From positions 580,023 through 644,022 of the forward strand of contig JBMORU010000001.1 in assembly GCA_049322215.1 (NCBI GenBank): DNA of 64,000 nt, given 5' to 3'. Position numbers and translations under genes: made by a program. The stretch is from Patescibacteria group bacterium (GTDB lineage: Bacteria > Patescibacteriota > WWE3 > UBA101185 > UBA10185). A model generated the notes under the pieces. The model was not told the DNA's origin, ran no database searches, and saw nothing but the letters and a program-made list of their open reading frames with translations. Numbering within the stretch: position 1 is the stretch's first letter; every line of letters starts with the position of its first letter. Below, in pieces: positions 59,366 through 64,000 of the stretch.

Positions 59366-59632
59366 ATGTCGGAAGATGGTTTTATTGCAGGAGTACCGGA
59401 GTCTGTTGTAAAGATTCGCGCAAGTGTTGTATCCAGGTCTGGTGAGAGAGCGTTTAAGGTTCGTTTAAAATCAGAAGGAAAAGCTGAGGTAAATGTTGAA
59501 TATGCATGCTATGACGTGAAACGTGGTCGTTGGTGGGGAAAGATAAACGCAAAAACTATTTGTTATTGGCGAGCGCAACCACCAAATGGGATTAAGTTGG
59601 GCAAACGCATACTTTCTTGGCTTCCAGTTTAA
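59366..59632 (+). CDS. Small hypothetical protein, tandem paralog B
   Basis: AAGGAGA SD; paralogous to 59083-59355. Confidence 0.75.
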   Translation: MSEDGFIAGVPESVVKIRASVVSRSGERAFKVRLKSEGKAEVNVEYACYDVKRGRWWGKINAKTICYWRAQPPNGIKLGKRILSWLPV

Positions 59633-59643
59633 TAGAAATTTAA

Positions 59644-59685
59644 GGGGATAAATAAAGCAATTTTGTTTTATTAATCCCCATTTTT
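59644..59685 (+). terminator. Long-stem intrinsic terminator
   Basis: ggggat.aataaagcaa / ttgttttatt.atcccc + T-run. Confidence 0.75.
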
Positions 59686-59703
59686 ATTTGTGCTAATACA
59701 ACT

Positions 59704-59733
59704 CCAAACAAAACCCAAAACTTATGTTAAAAT
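59704..59733 (+). promoter_or_regulatory. uvrB promoter with putative degenerate LexA operator
   Basis: CCAAA-caaaac-CCAAA at 59704-59719 over the -35 region; TGtTAAAAT 7 nt before ATG. Confidence 0.55.
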
Positions 59734-59740
59734 TTAATTT

Positions 59741-61819
59741 ATGTTTGACCTTCACGCATCTTATAAACCTACTGGTGATCAACCTAAAGCCATAGAGCAG
59801 CTTACTGAATGGGTTAACAATAACAGCCGGAATCAGGTTTTACTTGGTGTTACGGGTAGTGGAAAAACCTTTACAATAGCTAACGTAATTAAAAATACTA
59901 ATAGACCAACACTTATTATTTCTCATAACAAAACATTAGCTGCTCAACTTTATCAAGAATTCAGAGATTTTTTTCCAAACAATGCAGTTGAATACTTTGT
60001 GAGTTATTACGATTATTATCAACCAGAAAGTTATTTGCCTCAAACAGATACATATATAGAAAAAGATGCTGATATAAATGAGGAAATAGAAAAACTGCGT
60101 TTAGCAGCTACTACTTCTTTAATGAGTAGAAAAGATGTAATAGTGGTTTCTTCAGTTTCATGTATTTACAATTTGGGTTCACCGGCTGAGTACTCGAATT
60201 TTGCTGTAAGACTAAGTAAAGGCATGAAGATTCGGTTGCAAGACTTGTTAACACGTCTTACTCAAGTTCACTATGAAAGAAACGAATTTGATTTTGTAAG
60301 AGGTAGTTATCGCGTTAGAGGTGAAATTGTAGATGTATTTCCTGCATACCAGGATTTTGGTGTGCGCTTAGAGGTGTTTAATGATACTCTTGTCGACATT
60401 TCTTATTTTGATCCTTTAACAGGAGAGGTTATTAACTTTAGTAACTTGCCTAAAACAAGATTAGGCGGGCGTATCAGAGAAATTACACAAAATGAGGGTG
60501 AATACATAAAACACTTAATACAAAATAGTCTTGTAGAAATTTATCCTGCAAAACACTACATAACTGCAGAAGAACGTCGTCCGGCTGCAATTAAGCAAAT
60601 AGAAGCTGATTTAGAAGAACACCTAAAGTTTTTAAGAAACACTGGTAAAACTATAGAAGCCTACCGTTTAGAGCAACGAACTCGCTATGATTTAGAAATG
60701 GTGCAAGAAATAGGTTACTGCAAAGGAATTGAAAACTATTCACGTTATTTTGATGGGCGAAAGCCTGGAGGTACACCATATACATTAATGGACTTTTTCC
60801 CTAAAAATTATTTAGTGGTAATTGATGAGTCTCATATTACTGTTCCGCAAATTAGGGGAATGTTTAACGGTGACCAAGCGCGTAAAAGAGTTTTAATTGA
60901 GCATGGATTTAGATTACCTTCTGCATTGGATAATCGTCCCTTAAATTTTGAAGAATTTATGCGTAATTTGAATCAGGGTTTGTACACGAGTGCTACTCCT
61001 GGAGATTGGGAATTAAGTATGGCTGAGGGTAAAATTGCTGAACAGTTAATTAGGCCAACAGGAATTGTAGATCCTGAAGTCATTGTTTTACCCACAAAAA
61101 ATCAAATTACAGATTTAACAGAAAAAATACGAGCTCGTGTGAAAAATAAAGAACGTGTTTTAGTTACTACTTTAACAAAAAGAATGGCTGAAGAATTGTC
61201 TACATACTTGCTTGAACAGGGCATAAAAGTTACTTACTTGCATTCAGATATTATCACGCTCGAACGAACTGCAATTTTAGATGATTTACGTAGAGGTAAT
61301 TATGATGTACTTGTTGGAATTAATTTATTAAGAGAAGGATTAGATTTACCTGAAGTTTCTTTAGTAGCTATTTTAGATGCAGATAAAGAAGGCTTTTTGA
61401 GATCAGATACCTCATTAATTCAAACAATGGGTAGAGCGGCACGCCACATTCAAGGTGAAGTTGTAATGTATGCTGATAATATTACTAAAAGTATGGAACG
61501 TGCCATTGAAGAAGTAAGTCGTCGTAGAGAAATTCAACGAGAATATAATATTGCACATAATATTGTTCCTCAAAAAATTACAAAGCCTATAAGAGAAAAA
61601 TTAATTGATGAGGAAATAGAAGAAAGTATCAGTGGAAAAGACAAAAGGAAATCAAAGTTTAAAGATGTAGATTACATGTCACTTTCTCCCAATGACTTTA
61701 AAAAAGAGCTAAAACGCCTTACTGAATTAATGAAGTATGAAGCAGAAATGCTTAATTTTGAAAAAGCAGCCGTTATTAGAGATCAAATACGTAAAATCAA
61801 AAAGATCCGAGAGGAGTAA
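59741..61819 (+). CDS. uvrB: Excinuclease ABC subunit B
   Basis: [32 protein letters not shown]-terminal UVR domain. Confidence 0.97.
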   Translation: MFDLHASYKPTGDQPKAIEQLTEWVNNNSRNQVLLGVTGSGKTFTIANVIKNTNRPTLIISHNKTLAAQLYQEFRDFFPNNAVEYFVSYYDYYQPESYLPQTDTYIEKDADINEEIEKLRLAATTSLMSRKDVIVVSSVSCIYNLGSPAEYSNFAVRLSKGMKIRLQDLLTRLTQVHYERNEFDFVRGSYRVRGEIVDVFPAYQDFGVRLEVFNDTLVDISYFDPLTGEVINFSNLPKTRLGGRIREITQNEGEYIKHLIQNSLVEIYPAKHYITAEERRPAAIKQIEADLEEHLKFLRNTGKTIEAYRLEQRTRYDLEMVQEIGYCKGIENYSRYFDGRKPGGTPYTLMDFFPKNYLVVIDESHITVPQIRGMFNGDQARKRVLIEHGFRLPSALDNRPLNFEEFMRNLNQGLYTSATPGDWELSMAEGKIAEQLIRPTGIVDPEVIVLPTKNQITDLTEKIRARVKNKERVLVTTLTKRMAEELSTYLLEQGIKVTYLHSDIITLERTAILDDLRRGNYDVLVGINLLREGLDLPEVSLVAILDADKEGFLRSDTSLIQTMGRAARHIQGEVVMYADNITKSMERAIEEVSRRREIQREYNIAHNIVPQKITKPIREKLIDEEIEESISGKDKRKSKFKDVDYMSLSPNDFKKELKRLTELMKYEAEMLNFEKAAVIRDQIRKIKKIREE

Positions 61820-61828
61820 CTTATAGTA

Positions 61829-61857
61829 TTGACAGAATGGTGTGTATAGTGTAGTAT
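61829..61857 (+). promoter_or_regulatory. Sigma70-type promoter of the tRNA-like RNA
   Basis: TTGACA (61829-61834) - 17 bp - TAGTAT (61852-61857). Confidence 0.8.
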
Positions 61858-61866
61858 TTCACCACA

Positions 61867-62122
61867 ACGTTGGTGCTGTGTTCTTTATTTAATAAAGAAT
61901 TTAGATGATTGTTCATGCATGTCAGTTGAGCTTTCTGTTCAATGGTTTCCGGAAAAACTTAAGCAGCGTATGAGTCTGATTCGATTGGTTTTACCAGCAG
62001 CGCGCAGTGAGGGAAGGAACAGACCAACATATCTGAAGTGCTTTAAAGCTACTTTTTAAATATTCAATTCCGGTGAATGGCTAAAAAGTTTTCCTAGCAA
62101 AGTTCGAATCTTTGCCAACGTC
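61867..62122 (+). ncRNA. 256-nt tRNA-like RNA of unknown class
   Basis: 7-bp acceptor stem ACGTTGG/CCAACGT, T-arm CAAAG-TTCGAAT-CTTTG, large nested internal structure; flanked by promoter and terminator. Confidence 0.75.
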
Positions 62123-62127
62123 TTAAC

Positions 62128-62182
62128 GGAGTTTCAATTAACACGTAAGTATTTACTGTGTTTTTGAAACTCCTTTTTTTTT
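62128..62182 (+). terminator. Long-stem intrinsic terminator
   Basis: ggagtttcaa...ttgaaactcc + T9. Confidence 0.85.
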
Positions 62183-62374
62183 GCTTAACATACTTTAGCA
62201 TCTTGACGATTTCCCTTTAAGGAAAATATAATCAAGTTAGTTAGGAGCCAGGGCTTTGCGCCGAATAGCTCGATACAAATTCGCTTTATCACGTTTTCGG
62301 TTACTATAACAAATGCTTATAAATAGTTCGGATTAAGTTCCGTTTTGTTGCATTGTATTTAAAAGTTCATATTG

Positions 62375-64000
62375 ATGTTAAAAAGTGTAGTTAGTAGTTT
62401 AAAAAAACTAATACTGCTCGTGCTATTTGAGATTGTTGATTTTTTGGTTTGGTTGGGCAATAAAATCCTCTTTGCAGTAGGGGGTTTAATTAGGCATGTT
62501 CGGGATTTTCCCATTTATGTAAAACGCATTCCATTAAGTAAGTTAAGTAATTTGCCAAAAACAAAGAACTTCAAATTGAAGTTTAAAGCTGTCCCTCTCA
62601 AAATAAAATTAAAAAATTCTGCAAAGAAAAAAAGATCAATTAAAAAAAGAAAAGATAAACGTGAAATAAAATTGGTTCCTAGGTTTTTTAAAAGCTTTTC
62701 TGTGTTTACTTCAGGTATGTTTTTTACTTTGGTTTTTGTTTGGTTTCCTTTTGAAGCTTACACTTGGTATTCGTCCTTACCTCAGCCTAGTCTTTTGTTA
62801 GAAACTGAACACAATAAGTCCACAAAAATTTTGGACAGAAATGGAAAACTTTTATATGAAATATATGTTGACAAAAAATACGATCCAGTTCCTTTAAATG
62901 AAATACCTGACTATGTTGTTAATGCCACTTTGGCAATAGAAGATGATGCTTTTTACTTCCATAAAGGAGTTAGACCTTTAAGTATGCTAAGAGCAGCAAA
63001 GGCCATAGTGCTAGATGATCACTTACAAGGTGGTTCTACAATTACACAGCAACTAGTTAAAAATGTGTTGTTATCTCCTGAGCGTACTTTTCAAAGAAAG
63101 CTGAAAGAAGGAGTATTAGCATTAAGAGTTGAACACACATTTACAAAAAATGAAATTCTTGAAATGTATCTAAACAATATTCCCTATGGTGGAACTGCCT
63201 GGGGAATTCAGGCTGCTTCTAAAAAATTTTTCAACAAAAAAGTTCAAGATTTATCTTTGGCTGAAGCAGCGTATTTGGTTATACTTCCTTCTGCTCCAAC
63301 TACCTATTCTCCATATGATGGTGATAAAGATCTTGCCAAAAGTAAACAACACTTTGTTTTAGATAAAATGCACGAGTTAGGTTACATAAGCAAGGCCGAA
63401 GCTGACTTAGCAAAAAATGAAGAGTTAGTTTTTGCTACACCGGTAGAGTATATAAGGGCGCCTCATTTTGTCAGTTATATAAGAAGTGAGTTAGTAAAAT
63501 TGTATGGAGAACGCATGGTAGATTTTGGTGGCTTAACTGTAACTACTTCTTTAAACATTGATTTGCAAGATAAGGTTCAGGAAATTGTAGCTGAAGAAGT
63601 TGCTAAAAGTAATGACCTAAATATAACTAATGGTGCGGCAGTGGTTTTAGATAGCGAAAATGGAGAAATTCTTGCACACGTAGGCTCAATAAATTACTTT
63701 GATAAAGAACACGATGGTGCATTTGATGTTGTAACTGCCTATAGATCTCCCGGGTCTACAATAAAAGCAGTTACCTATGCACTTGCTTTAGATAGTGGTT
63801 TAACGCCTGTCACTCAAATAAATGATTCTCCATTTACAGTTCAGGCATACGGGCAAACTTACTCCCCGGTAAATTATGATGGAAAATTTCATGGGCGGGT
63901 TTCGTTAAGAACTGCCCTTGCAAATTCTTATAATATTCCTGCAGTTAAGTTAGTAAAAGCTTTGGGTCCGGATAAAATGGTTGCACTTGGAAAAAGCATG
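62375..64000 (+). CDS. Class A bifunctional penicillin-binding protein (3'-truncated by window edge; absent from the ORF track)
   Basis: Translated by hand from ATG 62375: TKILDRNGKLLYE, AIEDDAFY.H.G, GGSTITQQLVKN, SPGSTIK, NSYN. Confidence 0.92.
   Translation, partial: MLKSVVSSLKKLILLVLFEIVDFLVWLGNKILFAVGGLIRHVRDFPIYVKRIPLSKLSNLPKTKNFKLKFKAVPLKIKLKNSAKKKRSIKKRKDKREIKLVPRFFKSFSVFTSGMFFTLVFVWFPFEAYTWYSSLPQPSLLLETEHNKSTKILDRNGKLLYEIYVDKKYDPVPLNEIPDYVVNATLAIEDDAFYFHKGVRPLSMLRAAKAIVLDDHLQGGSTITQQLVKNVLLSPERTFQRKLKEGVLALRVEHTFTKNEILEMYLNNIPYGGTAWGIQAASKKFFNKKVQDLSLAEAAYLVILPSAPTTYSPYDGDKDLAKSKQHFVLDKMHELGYISKAEADLAKNEELVFATPVEYIRAPHFVSYIRSELVKLYGERMVDFGGLTVTTSLNIDLQDKVQEIVAEEVAKSNDLNITNGAAVVLDSENGEILAHVGSINYFDKEHDGAFDVVTAYRSPGSTIKAVTYALALDSGLTPVTQINDSPFTVQAYGQTYSPVNYDGKFHGRVSLRTALANSYNIPAVKLVKALGPDKMVALGKSM

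Noticed and set aside
15163-59685. Module hairpins as integron attC sites
   Set aside because: No consistent RYYYAAC/GTTRRRY ends, shorter than typical attC sites, modules carry their own promoters, and no integron integrase is in the window.
61867-62122. Calling the RNA tmRNA, or an ordinary tRNA-Gly(TCC) or tRNA-His
   Set aside because: No GGGG 5' end, G3-U70 or A73 for tmRNA; no normal D-arm, non-canonical A32, C73 and long variable region argue against tRNA-Gly; position -1 is A and there is no GTG anticodon arm for tRNA-His.
1-64000. Alternative genetic code (TGA=Gly as in Gracilibacteria/Absconditabacteria)
   Set aside because: Core genes are full length under code 11 and TGA terminates ORFs at 24356 and 42633.

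Overview
Low-GC bacterial chromosomal window read with genetic code 11 (TGA is used as a stop). Gene content (DUF4012-like protein, homodimeric GlyRS, minimal mraZ-rsmH-ftsL-ftsI block, many GT-C fold membrane glycosyltransferases) suggests a Patescibacteria/CPR organism, possibly WWE3/Microgenomates-like; this is an inference. Layout: 1-3.6 kb holds the end of an M23 peptidase plus secreted proteins. 3.7-38.9 kb is a large surface-glycan locus (B12 radical SAM, 5 methyltransferase domains, sulfotransferase, hddA-gmhA, GT2/GT4/GT-C enzymes, flippase, priming transferase). 39-64 kb is mostly housekeeping (recO, dinB, glyS, RSH, dcw genes, LCP, two-component system, PMM/PGM, ppsA, lexA, uvrB, class A PBP). 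The most notable signals are non-coding: (1) a 256-nt RNA gene with its own promoter and terminator, closed by a perfect tRNA acceptor stem and T-arm but carrying a large structured insert with an open reading frame; (2) two expression architectures, with conserved genes apparently leaderless and about 12 orphan genes in stand-alone promoter + AAGGAG + ORF + long-hairpin modules; (3) a CCRAA-N6-CCRAA direct repeat in the lexA, dinB and uvrB promoters; (4) a miniature T-box before glyS; (5) a three-way-junction leader before mraZ. All family calls come from motif recognition by eye; no searches were run.
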